From Podarcis pityusensis (Eukaryota): 64,000 bases of DNA. Made by a program: the position numbers and the translations under genes. The DNA lies in assembly GCA_964106645.2 (NCBI GenBank), contig OZ067044.1; one strand, given 5' to 3'. The notes below the pieces were generated by a model. The model was not told the DNA's origin and did no database searches. It saw only the letters and a program-made list of their open reading frames with translations. Shown here piece after piece: positions 36,883 to 51,779 of the stretch; positions within the stretch are counted from its first letter, which is position 1, and every line of letters starts with the position of its first letter.

Positions 36883-39800
36883 CTGGTAAGCAAAATTAAA
36901 GAAAAAGCAATAAAACAAAACCAAAAAGACAACACGCTGGAAACTAAAAGACCAAAAGTAAAACAAGGACACACAACTTTAATAAAACACTGCTTTACAC
37001 CACAAACATGTTTATCTAATGAGAACTGTTAAATATGCAGTGCATAAATTAAATCTGCAATTGCATTATTAAAAAACTAAAATTCATGTATGTTCCTCCA
37101 CCAATCATACTTTCAACTGAATAAGAAATAACACAACCTGTTTCACATAGTGAGTGGCTTGCGTTAAAAGCTGCCTTATTTAGAAGAGGGAGACATTTTT
37201 ATGTGTGCAGTGTCGGTTATAATAAGTTAAGACAGTGGTGGGAACCTGTGTTCCCTCCAGATATTGTTGGACTCTTATCAGCCACTGGCAGCATAGCTAG
37301 CAGTCAGGAATACAGCAACATCTGGTGGATCACAGGTTCCCCACCATTAACTTAAGGTATAAAAAAAATAAGGTTACAATCCTATACACACTCATCTGGG
37401 AGTACCGTAATTCCCACTGGACCAATACGACTTAGTTCTGAGTAGACATGCTCAGGATCGCACTATAAGAAACACTGAGTGGAATTCAACATGCCACAAT
37501 TACAAACATTCCACCTGACCCAGCATATCTGCTTGCCAGACATAATGACCCGCCCTCCTCCCCGATGCTGTTCTGGGGGTTATCTCAATCCCCCCAAGGC
37601 AATTTCAGGGGCCGCAGGAGGGCGGAATGAGGGAAAGCCCTCTTACACAAGTAGAAGCTCTTGCACAGGACTCATTTGGTGAATCCGCCCATAATAACCA
37701 GTATAAAATGATGTATCAGAGACATAGATGCAATTCATTAGCAGATCTAAGACCATATATTTCATAGTTTCTCATCAACGTTTTCTTTACGGTTTCAGTC
37801 AATGGTAATGGGGGGGGACTGTGTTTGTTGTGAGCACTTAGTATTTCTAAAATAAAGCTATGCTACTCCAAGCTTATCATAATTAGGGGCGAAGCACAGC
37901 TAAGGTTAAGATTTTCAATGTCTGAAGAAGTACGTAACATAAGAAGTAACATCTCCTGAGATTATACAGAATGCATTTTCTCTAGCACTGAGCAACCACA
38001 GATTGCATGGATTTTAAAAGCAGGGTTTCCCTGTGAATATATACTCTTAGAAAATATGCTGCATTTCATTGGAGAGAGCATAATATTTAAATTTTCTTTT
38101 AAAATAAAGTTTGCAAGTTGAGTAATCATTGTGGGGACAAACAGAAAAGCAAGCACTGTTAGGGTGCTTCCAGGCGAATTTACAGTGCTACTCATGCACA
38201 CTTTTTTGCACCATCCACACAACATTATTGTGATCAAAATGTCAGTCTGTACTTTTTATTGGTTAAATCCAGATTTACCCAGCTGATACAAAATCTAATG
38301 ACTAAAAATAACCTGTTACACACCCACAGTCATTGCTGGTATAGCTTTCCCATTTTTAATGGGCAGTTTGTCACCTGTGGTGCAATGTTCTGGTGTGTGA
38401 CCTCTAACACCACATCCTTACTTTCATTTGCTTCTTGCCTGAGTAACAGCTGGCCATTTTGTTCACAGTTGACCAAAGGATATAAGCAGCATGTGAGCCT
38501 CTATGTGTTATGTCAAAAGAATGGACCCCTCTGCTGTTGTAAAAGTTTCCCCACTTCCCATCCATGGTGTTGGGAGGCAGCCGAGCCAATATTTAGCTGC
38601 TCAACCACAAGTGGGGCAGTGTAGGTCAATGGTTGCATTTTTCACAGGCAAAATGACCCTAGCATCTCCCAGTAAAATATTGTGGGTCAGTACAACTGGG
38701 AAATGTTTTATTTTACTTAAAGCATTTCTATTTTGCTCTTCAATTTCCAAAATCCCTAGAATGCCCTACCATAAAAGTGTAAAAGGCAATACAGAGTGCA
38801 TATATTATGGGGAATAGAATGTAAGCTGGGTGGTTAATGTGAGGAATCAGCAATTATGCTCATTCACTGGGACCCTGAAGAGTGTGCAGATAATCTGTCT
38901 GCAAGGAGGGAATTCCACACATTTCCAAGTCAATGTGCACCTATCAACTGGCCCGTAGTGGTTCTGGTCCTTGCACTCCAAGGAAGGGCTTCTTTCAGAG
39001 CAGCCTGTGACTTGCTGCCTCTTTCATGGTAAGCATCCTTATTCCCAAAATAATATCAAGACTGTACTTCTAACTCAATTAAATGCTTCCTAATTCATCT
39101 CCTTTTGCCCTGTGCCTGACCAGAAAAACTGGTTTCAATTTAAGCTTCTTTCTTGGATGCAGATGATGATGGTTACTATGTAAATTTGTATACCGCACTT
39201 TATCTGAAGATCACAACACTCAAGATACATTGCAGATCTCACTAATAAAGGTTGTTTTGCTACACTTGCTAAGTAGTTGTCCTTCAAAATGTGCTATATC
39301 AACATCAAAAAGAAGAATCAGCTTATGCTGAGTATATTTGAGGAATGTTTAGTCTGTTTACATAGCCTGTGTGTATGGATAAACCCCAAAGTAATTTAGT
39401 TGTACTAAGAGTTGTACTAAACATGCTTTGAACTGATTTAAAGTTTCATTACAGTCAAGAGTGCATAAATGTTGTGAAGTAAATAATAAAATACATGATC
39501 AAATGGATTTTACATTTTGTTGTAACATGCATACGCTGGTAAATAAACTGTACAAAAGTATCCTGAATAGGATTACCTCTAGTCCTAATCAGAGCCCCAT
39601 CTGAATTCTTTTTGACTTCATGATACGGCAAATATTTTTCATAAGTATTGCTTATGCTAGCAAACCAACAATACATTTCTGTCCGTTTCTTGGAGATCAG
39701 TATATTGCTAGTAGCTCTTCTGACATTACAGAGCAGTTATATAATTTTAAATCATTATGAATATTTTCTTCTTTACTGATTGCTTTTCCTCACACTTCTG

Positions 39801-42139
39801 CAAAGATTCAAAATGAACTAATGCATCCAATAAATAAATAAATAAATAGGTAAGAATAAGTATTTGAATCTAATCAACTAATTAAACAATATAATCCCTT
39901 CAAACCACAATAATCATCACCACAACACCAACATCTTGAGATTAATCCTGGTCACTGAAAGTTTGCCTTTTGAAAAATGTCAGGAAGAAATTCCACAATT
40001 ATGGACAGGATTTCACACAATAGTACAGAATTGGCTCAGTTTTAGGAGATTATGACAGTAGAACAGAGCGCAGAATTGCTCTATTAAGTGTGTATATAGC
40101 TCTATTAAGTGTGTATTTAAAAACAAAACCAAAGGTGTACATTTCTTCCAGGAGACTACAGTAATGTGCTTCCAAAGAAGCACTTCACAGTTAGGAAGTC
40201 ATCACATACTGTGTTCACTACAATTTATGAACAGTTTTAAAAGTCAGTGCCAAGGAGAACAATAGTCTAATCCCCAAGGTTACAGAAAGCTGCCTTATCA
40301 GACTGAATTAGTGAAAAGCACCCTTTGCCAATACTGTATTGTAGTTTCAAGTACCATGAGATATCCAGGAGTATGCAAAGCAATAATACAAGCCAATATA
40401 ATAAGAAATCAAAATATGAGTATTTCTATCATTCCTGTGTTTCTGGCTTTAGTTTCTATTAAGCTTATCTACATGAACCCCCCCCCCGCCCCTTATTCCT
40501 CACATTTTTGATGGCTACCAATGGGTGACAAAGTTGTTTTCACCACTTTTTATGTCAGTCATTATAGATGAACAGCATATGTGTCAAAGAACCACTTGGT
40601 GCTAAATGATTGTCTATCCACCACCTGTGTTTTCAGGTTGAGCCTTCATAACAGAATTGCTCCACACGTGTTGGTAATTTAACTGTTACAGTTATTTAAA
40701 ACTTTGTTTATACATCTCCCTTGCAAGGTTCTTAATGCTGGCCTACAGCAAGTTTTTGCCTGAACCACAAGGAAGGAAGAGGGAATCCAGTGACTCAGTT
40801 GTACTCAAGGGAACAGTGCACAGTTCATTTGTGGTTCCTGAATACAACTGCAGCATATGGGTCAGATGAAAAAGAAAGCAGAGTTGTGAGTCATCTAAAT
40901 ATTGACTCCACTTCAATATTATGCAAGATTTCCCCAGCTGAACAGTAGGATGAGCAAGATGGACTCCTGCAGTACTTCATACGGCAAATTCCTCTGAAGA
41001 CATGAGCAACCACCCATTTGAGACATTTCTGCTAGGGGCGACTTGAACTAATCATTTAATGAAAATCACTTAGCAGGTCTCGACAGCAAGATGTTGATAT
41101 TTCAATATCAACACTGTTAAAAGGTATCAAAAAGTCCGAGTGGACAACATCAACATCAGAGCAAAAATCCTAGACCAAGGCCACAACTAATTTCAGTCTG
41201 CGGTGCACCCAAACCTACTGCAGAAGACAAACCAACAGTATCAGTAAGGCCACTTCCCCAGAATAAAAACTGATTCCAATAGGTTTTATTCAGTGTAAGC
41301 AAGAGGCGCGCCAAAGGCACTTTAGAATATTCTTTGGTATAGAACAGAGACTTGGGAGGAATGAAAGGTTTTACAAAACTGTGCTTGCAATGCATTTTTT
41401 GCTACCCCTGTTGCCTGTTCATATGGTCCTAACAGTAGAGGTTACTCTTTCCATTGCTGGATCCTAGCAGAAGTTATATTTTGCTCCGTTGGGTGTTGTT
41501 TTATTCAATATTTCTGTCATAAGACATCAGAATGAGGATAGGAATCACTACCTTCTGTTCCTGCACTCACTCTGATTTGGCTTCATGACGATGCCATGCA
41601 AAATCTGGACTTGCTCTGAAATGGTGTAGATTCTATATAAAACTCAGTCAAGTTAATGGTTTTATACCACTTCAGCTCATTTCAAATAGATAGTGCAGAA
41701 AAAAATCCTCCTGGATTTTAAACTTTCTTCTTGAAAGGGCTAGTCTTTATAAAACATAGGGCATGATCAGCCAAAACTCAGTATTGGGAGTATTATGCAT
41801 TTGTTTCAATTTCTCCTGATGAAATCATTAGGTCTTAGAAGTGTTTAAATAAAGCTGGTTGGAACATACACTTTTTATCTTTCCAAAAGCATATTCTGTC
41901 AGGTGGGACACACATGCTAAGAGAAACTTAAAAACACACATCGAGTTGGTCTTTAGTGACCAAATTAATGGCTGTTTGAAGAAAAAGTGTTAGGGACACC
42001 TGAAAATCACTACACTGCCTAATGGGTGGGATACTTTCACTATAAAATGCTCTTGCACTGGTAGCCCAATAGATACAACATAGCAAATTAACATTGGCTG
42101 TAGTGACAGATGGTACTACAGCTAGTGGAACCCCTGTAA

Positions 42140-42474
42140 CGGGGTAGGGAACTTTTTCAACCCAGCAGGCCAAGATCGTATCACCACAAGCCCCACAGGC
42201 CAAGTCTGCCAGGAGTGCATGGCCATCCATCCATCCATTACCTGACATCATAATCACATCACGTGACAAAAATGCTACTGAAACAGCTTAGAAATGCTGT
42301 GCAGGCAAAGTGCAGTCCACACCTTTACCTGACTCCCACCTGATGTCACACAGGATGACATAACAGGGTAGATGGGTGTGGCTGGGGGGGGGGGAGAGAG
42401 AATGACCTCCCAGGCCAAATTAGGATTCCTGCTGCACCTAGTTATGCCTGTGAATGGAAGGTTCCTCATCCCTG
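42140..42474. mobile_element. Degenerate hAT (Charlie-like) MITE
   Basis: ggggtagggaacttttt ... ggaaggttcctcatccctg termini; internal inverted cctgacatca / tgatgtca blocks. Confidence 0.55.
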
Positions 42475-44557
42475 CCTTGCACTGAAGGAACATTGCCAGA
42501 ACCAGGGCAAAATGCCAGTGGAATTGGGGGAATGGTGGAGGAATAGCAAAATTTAGTCCAGATACTATGCTCAGGTGAAGGTCTGCTGCAAGCCCCAGCA
42601 AGCCCCAGCAGTGACAGGATGTTATACCTGCAGAAAAGGTGATACAAAACACTCACACTAAAGTCAGTGTGAAGGCCCAGATGACTTTCCTACTTCCTCT
42701 CCCACTGTCCTCAAAGTCACAATGGGGAAATAGGATTTTAAGTGAATCAGCAGCAAGTCATGGCACACCAGCTGATCACCCCCCAACTAGGGAACACAGT
42801 ACACATATCAAGAAGCATGGACTAGTGTTATATTAAATTGTCCATGTTTAGAAAATTATAAGCACAGAAGGGGAAACTAGTGATGGAACACATTGTACAA
42901 AAATGGGATCACTTTTAACAAGAAGTCAGCAGCCAGACAAAACATATATTGTAGATGAACCACACTTATAGTTAACAGGTACTAAACGTATTGAAATAAT
43001 TTAGAGATAAACGCCAACAAGGAACCTCAGCCCTACTTTTGCAAACAGTACTGAAAAGACAAGGCACCCAACACTGATAAGCAAGAGAAGGAGGATCACT
43101 AGTGAGAGAAACTATGCAAAACAGCATGACTTCTACACACCCTCCATCCATTATTTTCCTTGCGAAAAAACACATGAGTGTGTGCACTCAAATATCCATA
43201 ACTCACCCATTTTGGGAACTGAAATACAACTATCCTTCAAAATCTGAACTTTTCCAAAATTTGTATTGTACTTCTCTAACCAACATGTACAAAAATGCAT
43301 ATGTTAGGTAAAGGTGTGCAGAACATGCATACATTAGTTAAAATAAACAAAAATGCATTATTTGGGGGGAAGTTCCTTTAAAAATCTATTTATTAGCCAA
43401 AACTGCATTAAAAATGTGTGTACAGGAGAAAATCACGCTAAGATGCTGCCAAATTTTCATGAGGATTTTAAAAAATCAATGATAACAAATTGCTGCAAAG
43501 AGACTTGAATTTAAGACTGAAAAATGAGAAACCGAGAGAAACAAACATTTGCAGATTTGTCTATCCCAGGGGATAAAAATGGACGTGAACAATAGTCTAC
43601 TGCTTCCTAATGTAGGGTAAGTGCAGCTTCTCCCTCCAGAGAATTAGGTATTGTTCAAGTTTTTACAATCTGATTCCTATGTCTATTGAGGACTACAATC
43701 CATCATGTCAGACCAAAGGAAAAAGTAAGCTATGCTACTACAAGCTAGTTCCAAGAGAAATCAGAGTCCTTGTTCTCGTTCTGTCACAGTAAAACTCTAG
43801 TGGTTTCAATATAAGCAATGTGGGAAAACCCATGGGATATTATTACTATTATTATTATTATCGAACAAGAAAATCTCAGTCCCTGCCAAAGTTTCCCATT
43901 CTTCAGCAAATCCCAATGTTATTTGTCAGAACAAGTTCCCAATGGACTGCACATCCTGCTGCCAAAGAAATTGCCTTCCAATTTTGCTATATTTTGTGTA
44001 TTCACTTGACATAAATACATTCTGTATTCATTCTCTACCAACTACCACTTAAACATCAGCTCTTCCGAAATTGCTGATCATCATGCTCACACTTTTCAAA
44101 CTAATATCACTCAATAATATTTTGAATTGTTTTACTGGAAGCACTGGTGTAGATTTCAAATGTCACACACTTTTGAAAATCATTTTCGCGCTTCCAAGGA
44201 AAAAGAATAGGTTCATAGTCGCCAAAATGCTTTGTTCTCTGTGTGAAATCTTGTGCCACAGTGATAATTAGTAGAATGAATATGATCAAGAACTAGTGGA
44301 TAGATTCTCAGACTAGCTCAGGAAAGGGTTGTGGAAGCTTGCGCTTCAGTTCTTTCAAATTATTGAAGACATGAATAATTTTTCAGTCCCTTACATGGGA
44401 CTCTACATTTTCCTTGAATATGTTTTATAGAATCTGTTATGAATAGTTGTAGCCAACTGTGCACATTCATGATTTACATATGGAAATGAAAAATATAATT
44501 CTACAAACTGAAAATATTAGATATAAATATCCTGAATACAGGAGGAGATTGTAATTA

Positions 44558-44731
44558 CAGGCAACTCCAATTTTGCATATATTTGATGCATGCACAACTG
44601 TGCACCATGTTCAGCAGCAGAAGAGGGTGGAACAGGGCCAGGAACAAAACAGGGTGGGGTGGCCTTACGCATGCTCCACCAATGCACACAATGACTTGGA
44701 ACATAACCCCCGCGTAAATGGGGGTTGCCTG
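44558..44731. mobile_element. Tc1/mariner-superfamily MITE with TA TSD
   Basis: ta|CAGGCAACTCCAATTTT ... TAAATGGGGGTTGCCTG|ta. Confidence 0.75.
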
Positions 44732-44873
44732 TAATTCATGTTGAGAAATAGCTGAATAAAAGAATTAAGGATAGTAACAACTTCAGTATAAAGTTACCTG
44801 GCATTTTCCATTAACAATACTTTATTACAAGCAACAAAGTAAATAAGAACAAACTGAACAAATGTTTACATAC

Positions 44874-44986
44874 TGAAAGTTGTCCAGATAAGAACTGTGG
44901 AACATCCCTCAACATGCCTGGACTCATGGGAGAAGTGACTGAAATAGAAGGCCGGTCCATTTTTTGAGATTCAAACGAACTAGAAC
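44874..44986 (-). CDS. RIMS2: RIMS2 exon, 113 nt: (S)SSSFESQKMDRPSISVTSPMSPGMLRDVPQFLSGQLS, phase 1->0
   Basis: ctttcag|GT TCT AGT TCG...CTT TCA|gtatgt. Confidence 0.95.
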
Positions 44987-46280
44987 CTGAAAGTATAATT
45001 TATTTTACTTTATTAAACATATTCTGATTATATAAACATTAAGAGAAGGATCATTTGAACAAAAATACACAAATACACAGTGTGTTGAAAAGATAACAGA
45101 TAATCTTAAAACTTGATTTAATCTCTAAATATGAACATGATGAGCAAAACAATGGGTATAATTTAGCAAAAGCTAAGCACTTAAAGATCCATTATATTAA
45201 TGGAAACTTAAACATATGCTTGAATCATTGGGACTGGATTGAAGTCAAATCCTCTGTATCTTGAGGACTGCAGCTCAATTGCTACCACCTATATTAAAAA
45301 CGCTGCAAAACAAGAACTTGTTTTTGAATATTTGGGTTTGGCAGGATAAAGTCTCCTCAAATGAATTGTTTGCTTGTTATATTATTTTTAGAGTAAGTCA
45401 AGGAAATAACATTTTGCATCTTGAAAAAAATATTTTTGGTTACAAGCTTTATTTCTCCAATAAGAAGGTGCTATAGGGATCTTAATATCATTATGGTTTT
45501 TACATACAACAATAAATTAATGGTTGATACAATTAATTATGGGTTGTATCCAATGTTGTACAAGTGGAAGGCCGATCATGCCTCCAGATGGTCAGGGGGA
45601 CGAAACGAGCATTGTGGGCTATATCTTCCGGGGCTGGAGTGGGAGGGAATTCAATCCAAATGGCATGGAAGAATCTGCCCTATTTGGGATGATTCCCCCA
45701 ACCAACACTAAAGTGAAGAAGAAAACAGCATCTCAATCTTACACAGCTGTGCAGATGAATCTGCCAAAACTTAAGGTTTTGAGCTGTCACTCCGACGTTG
45801 CTGTTGGCATGCTCTATTCTTGATACCTGGCATATACCAAAACATTAATAAGATCCGTAAAGGCCAAATATTCAATCACTTTAAAATATTTGTATGGTGT
45901 AGTATTTTCTCTAAAATATAAAAATACTGATTTTAAATATTGAATATAATGAAATGCATTTTATTTAATAAGGCTGCAGCACACAGCATTAACAAAAAAG
46001 CAGGAAATTGAAGTTAGGATTGACGTCAATCCTATTTTTACCCGCTAGGTTGTTCTTCCCTTTTTAATAAAGAGAAGAGTGAATTTATAAAAGAATGCCA
46101 ACCCTAGCATTAGATTTCCTGACTTCTGATAGTTTATTATTGAAGAATGATAGAAAACATAGATAAGACACATAGAAGAACGATACCTATACAGATACAG
46201 ACAAAGAGGCAAAATTTAGAAGGAACACAAACATCTTTTCAATTTCCAGCTTGCATTCAATCCAGAAAAATGAAACTTAC

Positions 46281-46327
46281 TGGACTCCAACTGTGCATGT
46301 GTACTGTCAGGTATTCTGGGAATATCT
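46281..46327 (-). CDS. RIMS2: RIMS2 exon, 47 nt: (G)DIPRIPDSTHAQLES(S), phase 2->1
   Basis: ttgcag|A GAT ATT CCC...GAG TCC A|gtaagt. Phases fit both neighbours. Confidence 0.94.
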
Positions 46328-46909
46328 CTGCAATTATGAAAAACAAATCATGTTTATACTTTATGTATGTCCTATAGGGTTACTTAGCACATAACAATAT
46401 GAAGATAGAATATTACACTGCAAAATCACAGAAAATATACCGTTGTTTTTTCTATAAATATATAAATATTTCCATAGATGTAAAGATGCAGTTGTAAAGT
46501 GTGATAGAGATAGTTGTATAACATAAAAACTAACAAGAGTATCTTTGAAATTTATTTATTTATTTATTTATTTATTTATTGTCAACCCTTCACAAGCAGA
46601 CCCAATGGTAAATTACAATAATTCAAAATTCAAAACAGTCAAAATGAACTGCAGTCACAAGAATAGTGTACAACGGATGAAGTACACTCCAACTTCATAT
46701 ATATGTAGCAGGTCCCACAAATGTCTACGAATATCTGATAATGGGCAACATGTCAACAAAACGCACTGAAAGTGATCCAAGCAAACCATCTAAGTTGGAT
46801 ATTTTCTAACAATGGCATCCAAATCAGATCAGAAGTGAGAAGCATTTTTTGTTCCGGTAAACCATACCACCTCTCACCTCTTCAGCTCTCTCTACAGCCA
46901 TATGGAATG

Positions 46910-46911
<2 letters not shown>

Positions 46912-46946
<35 letters not shown>
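46912..46946. repeat. (CA)n microsatellite
   Basis: About 17 perfect ca units. Confidence 0.95.
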
Positions 46947-46951
<5 letters not shown>

Positions 46952-47355
46952 TGCACAAATTCTATTCATTTCAATAAGACGCAACTCTGCTTAGATTTTA
47001 TTTATTGATTTAGTTCCATAAAGATTTACATCTAGAGTTATTTAGCTTTTGAATGTGACTCCCTAGCTCTGCAATTCAAATGGTCTGGTTTACATGTAAC
47101 AACAAGAAACTATGGTTTCATTAAGAGAACAAGCTTGTAAAAGATTGTTGCCTACAACTTTCCAATCCCCTCTGGGGAACAAAGCAGGATATCAAACCAT
47201 GGTTTCAGTCTGCTTGGGGCTTTCAGAATGCTCCCTGTTGTTGCCACTGCCACCAGACCAGGGTAAGGGGAAGAAGGCGGGATGGTGGCCCAGGCAGATG
47301 GCACAAGCGAGCAGACTGGTGGAGCAGGCAGGCAGGCAGGCAGGCAGGCATGCTC

Positions 47356-47779
47356 TGTCAGGACTGGTCGTTGTCCTCTTCAGAACACCACACAAACGCT
47401 TCTTGTTCTTTTATAACTTTTTATTGCGTATTAAGAAACTTATAAATGGTTCTTCTCTTTAACTACTATTCCTCAGAGTCACTTATTTCAGATACCTTCT
47501 GAGCTCTGCTTCTCCGTGACCAGCCACTCTCAAAATGGCGAAGGCACCCTTCCTTTCGCTTTCCCACTCTTTTTTCTAACCTCCTCACTAGAGCTGGCTT
47601 ATATCTCCCCTCCTCCGAATCTGAGCTAGAACTTAACCCTTGCCTTTCCTGTGAACATCCTGTCCCTCCCTGTTGTTCCTGTTGCTCTCTTCTGTTAGAT
47701 TCACTGCTCTCCTCCCCCCCTTGGGGAAGGCTTTCTCCCTCTGAGAAACTGGAAACTTCTAACTAGCACTTCCCTGACA
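47356..47779 (-). mobile_element. Solo LTR (Gypsy/ERV-like)
   Basis: Inverted termini TGTCAGG...CCTGACA; tttatt (minus AATAAA) near 47420; degenerate flanks tgctc/cgcac. Confidence 0.65.
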
Positions 47780-48007
47780 CGCACACAGTTTAGGCCAACC
47801 TTCCTACACTCCCACTATTGTAATTGTTGTTGTTGCTACCACTGTTGGGGGGATGCGAATGAAGAGGATAAAGACTTTTGTCCTTCCCTGTTGTCACCGC
47901 GCCCCAACCAGAAAGAAGCCTGGATATTGCAGTGTGGTGGTAGCTGCAGGGTGGATGGGGTGAGGGGAAGAAAGGCTTTGTTCCCTTTATTCCCCTCCTC
48001 CTACCAA

Positions 48008-49125
48008 AAAACTAGGCTTCCAGGTGGAAAAATCAAAGTTGGAAACAGAATTGTTAGACCCTAAAGTTAAGAATTTGTCAAGAATGTATAACTTGCTGTT
48101 AAAATGGAATACTCAAGATGAAATGGTGAAATCTGCTATGATTAAATGGGCACAAGATGTTGGACATAATATTATGATGGCTGACTGGGAACAGTTATGG
48201 ACCACTGGTATGAAGTTTACGGCATGCAATGCCTTAAAAGAGAATTTAATGAAAATGATTTATAGGTGGTACATAACACCAGTCAAGCTTGCAAAAATCT
48301 ATCATTTGCCCGATAATAAATGTTGGAAATGTAATGAAACTGAAGGTACATTCTTTCACCTTTGGTGGACATGCCCAAAGATTAAGTCATTCTGGGAGAT
48401 GATCTATAATGAAATGAAAAAGGTATTTAAATATACCTTCCTGAAGAAACCAGAGGCCTTTCTCCTGGGCCTGGTCGGCCAATTGGTGCCAAAGAAAGAC
48501 AGAACTTTCTTTATGTACGCTACAACAGCAGCAAGAATACTTATTGCAAAGTATTGGAAGACACAAGATCTACCCACCAGGGAAGAATGGCAGATGAAGC
48601 TGATGGACTACATGGAACTGGCGGAAATGACTGGCAGAATTCGAGACCAGGGAGAAGAGTCGGTGGAAGAAGATTGGAAAAAATTTAAAGTATACTTACA
48701 GAAACATTGTAAAATTAATGAGTGTTAGAAGGATGCTGGAATGAAGCTATATGGTTTTAGTAGAAATGCAACAAAGAATTAAGTAAAAGCTGATTGATAA
48801 TGGGTTAAAATGAAAAAATTCAAGGTTAGACCGTTAAGATAAATTATAGAATAAAAATTGAGAAAGATGGGAAGAACTTGCTGAAATAGTGAATTGAACT
48901 AGAATACAAAAAAAGGGAGGTGTGAGGAGGTCAATGAAACAAGTAAAGGAAAGGTAAAGATATGGAAAATTGGATGTCTGTTTTAGTTTCTTCTTTGTTT
49001 TTCTTTTTTGCTGTATTGTTGTATTGCTTTTATATGTTTTGTTATTGTTTTTTCTCTTTTTTATTGTTGTTTTTTTTCTTTTTTCTGTAATTTTTAAACT
49101 TTTAATAAATATCATTTTAAAAAAA
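48008..49125 (+). mobile_element. Young 5'-truncated L1 (L1/Tx1 group) insertion, ORF2 C-terminus plus 3' UTR, 19-bp TSD
   Basis: Open 234-codon frame 48024-48728 with CCHC motif CWKC-x8-H-x4-C (CWKCNETEGTFFHLWWTCP); AATAAA plus A-tail; TSD attcccctcctcctaccaa at 47989-48007 and 49126-49144. Confidence 0.93.
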
Positions 49126-50215
49126 ATTCCCCTCCTCCTACCAATGGTAGAAGGACAGGGGGTTGGGGGAGCTGTGAGGAGATGGGGAAGAGAGGTTTGG
49201 AGGAAGGTATAAAAGAAAAGGAGGTGGTTGGCAATGGGCTGGTATGGTGGCAGGAAGTAGCTGCTGACAGGCAGTCTTAGCAAGCAACACAAGCTCTAAT
49301 CTATAACTTTAGGCTTACAAATGAATCAAACGAGGGACTATTTGCTTTTTATACTTAAATCAAAAGGGGGAATTTGGGTTTGAATTCCAAGAGTTCATTC
49401 TTAGGAAAATCATTAAACTCATCTGTGAGTTTAAACTCATGTGGGAATAACTAGTGGGATGAAAAATTGATTTTATTTATTTGTTTAAAATGAATAGTTT
49501 TTTATATTATTAAACTATCCTCAGAGTGACTAAAAAAATCAAACAATTAGATACTCTAAAACTAATAATACAAAACTAGAACCGCCGTTCTGAATAAATA
49601 CCGACAAAGTCACATGGAGATTAAAAGCCGTCGATGTTCATTAAAAGTTTGGGTAAACAGGACAGACTTAGCATGGTACCGGAATGATTATGATACAGTC
49701 ATGTCATCAGACCAGACTTCTCTGGATACCAAATTCCAAAACTGTGAACCGTCACTGAGGCCCTCTCTCTAAAAACCATCTGCATAGCCTCCAAAGATGG
49801 AGAAATATGGCCTTAGAAGATTTTGTTAATCAGAAGTCATTTTCATGTGGAACATGAAGGGCTTCAATCTCAGTCAAAAGCAGCACTTTAAACTCTGCCC
49901 AGAAATACATTGAAAACTAATGCAGATCTTTCAATATTGGCAAGATATGATAAATTCTAGTTAAATAAATCTGACAGATAACTTTTGAACTAGTTGATAT
50001 TTCCAAGCACTTCAAGAATAGCCCCCCATAGAACAGACTGCAGTAATCAAGAAAGGTACCAAAGCAAGAAGGAGGAGGCAAGCTGAGATTAAAGAAGCTG
50101 ATTCGTTACGGAACATTCATATGTACAGAAACAAAGCTGTGAAATTCAGTTTGGAGCCTAATTTTGTCATGCCTGTGTATATTCTAAACAATTCATGAAG
50201 GGAACCTGTACTTAC

Positions 50216-50339
50216 CCAATTGGCCTTGAAACTACAAGTTCCACTTGTGGCTCTGGTTTGGATTCTAGAATGATGTTGTACACTTCTTCAAAGGTGGCTC
50301 CTTGTAAAAGCCTTCCATTCCATTCTAACACTTCATCAC
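50216..50339 (-). CDS. RIMS2: RIMS2 exon, 124 nt, PDZ part 3: (G)DEVLEWNGRLLQGATFEEVYNIILESKPEPQVELVVSRPI(G), phase 1->2
   Basis: attgcag|GT GAT GAA...CCA ATT GG|gtaagt. Confidence 0.96.
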
Positions 50340-51451
50340 CTGCAATGGTAGCCATAAGAGTTTGTTTCAGAAGGAAAACTTGCCTGTAGGTTGTGTTCTT
50401 GCTGAATTGCTCACATTTGACTCTTTTTTAATCTAGAAAAGGTTTTTTAAAGTTATGTATCAGCCCTAACATTAACTAATAACACAGAAATATAATTCAA
50501 CCCAAATATGAATTCCTTCTAAGAGAAAATATTATTCTACAGGAAAATGTCTGTGAAGAAACACAGTTTTCCTACTGATGTAAATTAACAGAATAGCCTC
50601 AAAATAGAACAGCTGCTCCATTGGTTCCCTTCGTATTGTTCACCTTCTCTTATATTCTACAGAATAACCCAACTGAATTTGAAGGCATCCATTTCTAGAT
50701 TTTTCAAAAATGAACACACTGAGATAATAAGCCATCTGCATGTTAAACAGAGATGTAACAATCCTGTACCTGTGGGTGAGACCATCAAGTTGGGAGCATA
50801 GTTTAAGCAAGCTCCACTTTAGGTTGAGAACTAGAAACAGTATGTATATCTTCAAACAAAGGAAAAACTGTAATTGGGTCCCCCTAACAAAAGAGCGGGA
50901 ATCCTTGGCATATGACTTACATGGTCTATATATGAGGTACTTTCAATCTGTTTTAGTATTTTAACTTTGGTAATAAAAAAGGGTTGTTAAGGTAGAGTTG
51001 TAATGTTTTCTTGATTTTATTGCTTTATCTTTTGTAAACCACTATGAGGGTTTTTTTTAAACAATCAAGCAGTATGTAAATTTTATGAAATTAAATAAAT
51101 AAATAATATGACATCCCTGGGGGAAAGAAAGCAACAGAATAGAAATTGGTATAAATTAACATAATAAAAAATGTAAGTAAGCTATGCCACAGAAGCAGAA
51201 TAACTCAAAGAATGGATAATCTCAGCTCTTCCAAAGGAATATAAGGTTTGATTTTTTTAAAAAAATGTTTAAAATACAACCACAACTTTTAACCCTCAAA
51301 TAAAATATAACAATTAGAATAGATGAAGAGATTAACAGTGTTCTCAACAGCATAGAAGTAAATCACTGCATTTAAATCACACAATGCACCAAAAAACAAT
51401 TATTACTGACACTGCCCAGTTACATAATTCAGCTGAATGTTCCTCTCATAC

Positions 51452-51551
51452 CTGGCCTAAGGTGTCCCACTGTATCAGCTAAACTTCCTTTTTTTACTTT
51501 GGTGATAAATGCACATAGCCGACCTGATTCAGTCATTTTTCCTCCTACAAC
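51452..51551 (-). CDS. RIMS2: RIMS2 exon, 100 nt, PDZ part 2: VVGGKMTESGRLCAFITKVKKGSLADTVGHLRP(G), phase 0->1
   Basis: ccaaacag|GTT GTA GGA...AGG CCA G|gtatga. Confidence 0.96.
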
Positions 51552-51779
51552 CTGTTTGGAAGAAAGGGGGGGGGGGACACAGCAATTATTCATTCACTCA
51601 ATTTCTAGCCCATTCTTCCTCTCAAATGAGCCCTTCAAAGCAAAACACTTTTATAAAAACTTTAAAGCATTTTAAAAATCTGAAAACATATTAAAACAAT
51701 CAAATATATTCACTGCTAAGAATTTCAAGAAATAACTCCAAGTGCCCCAACTCACAACCCTCTAAATTCTTCTAGAAGC

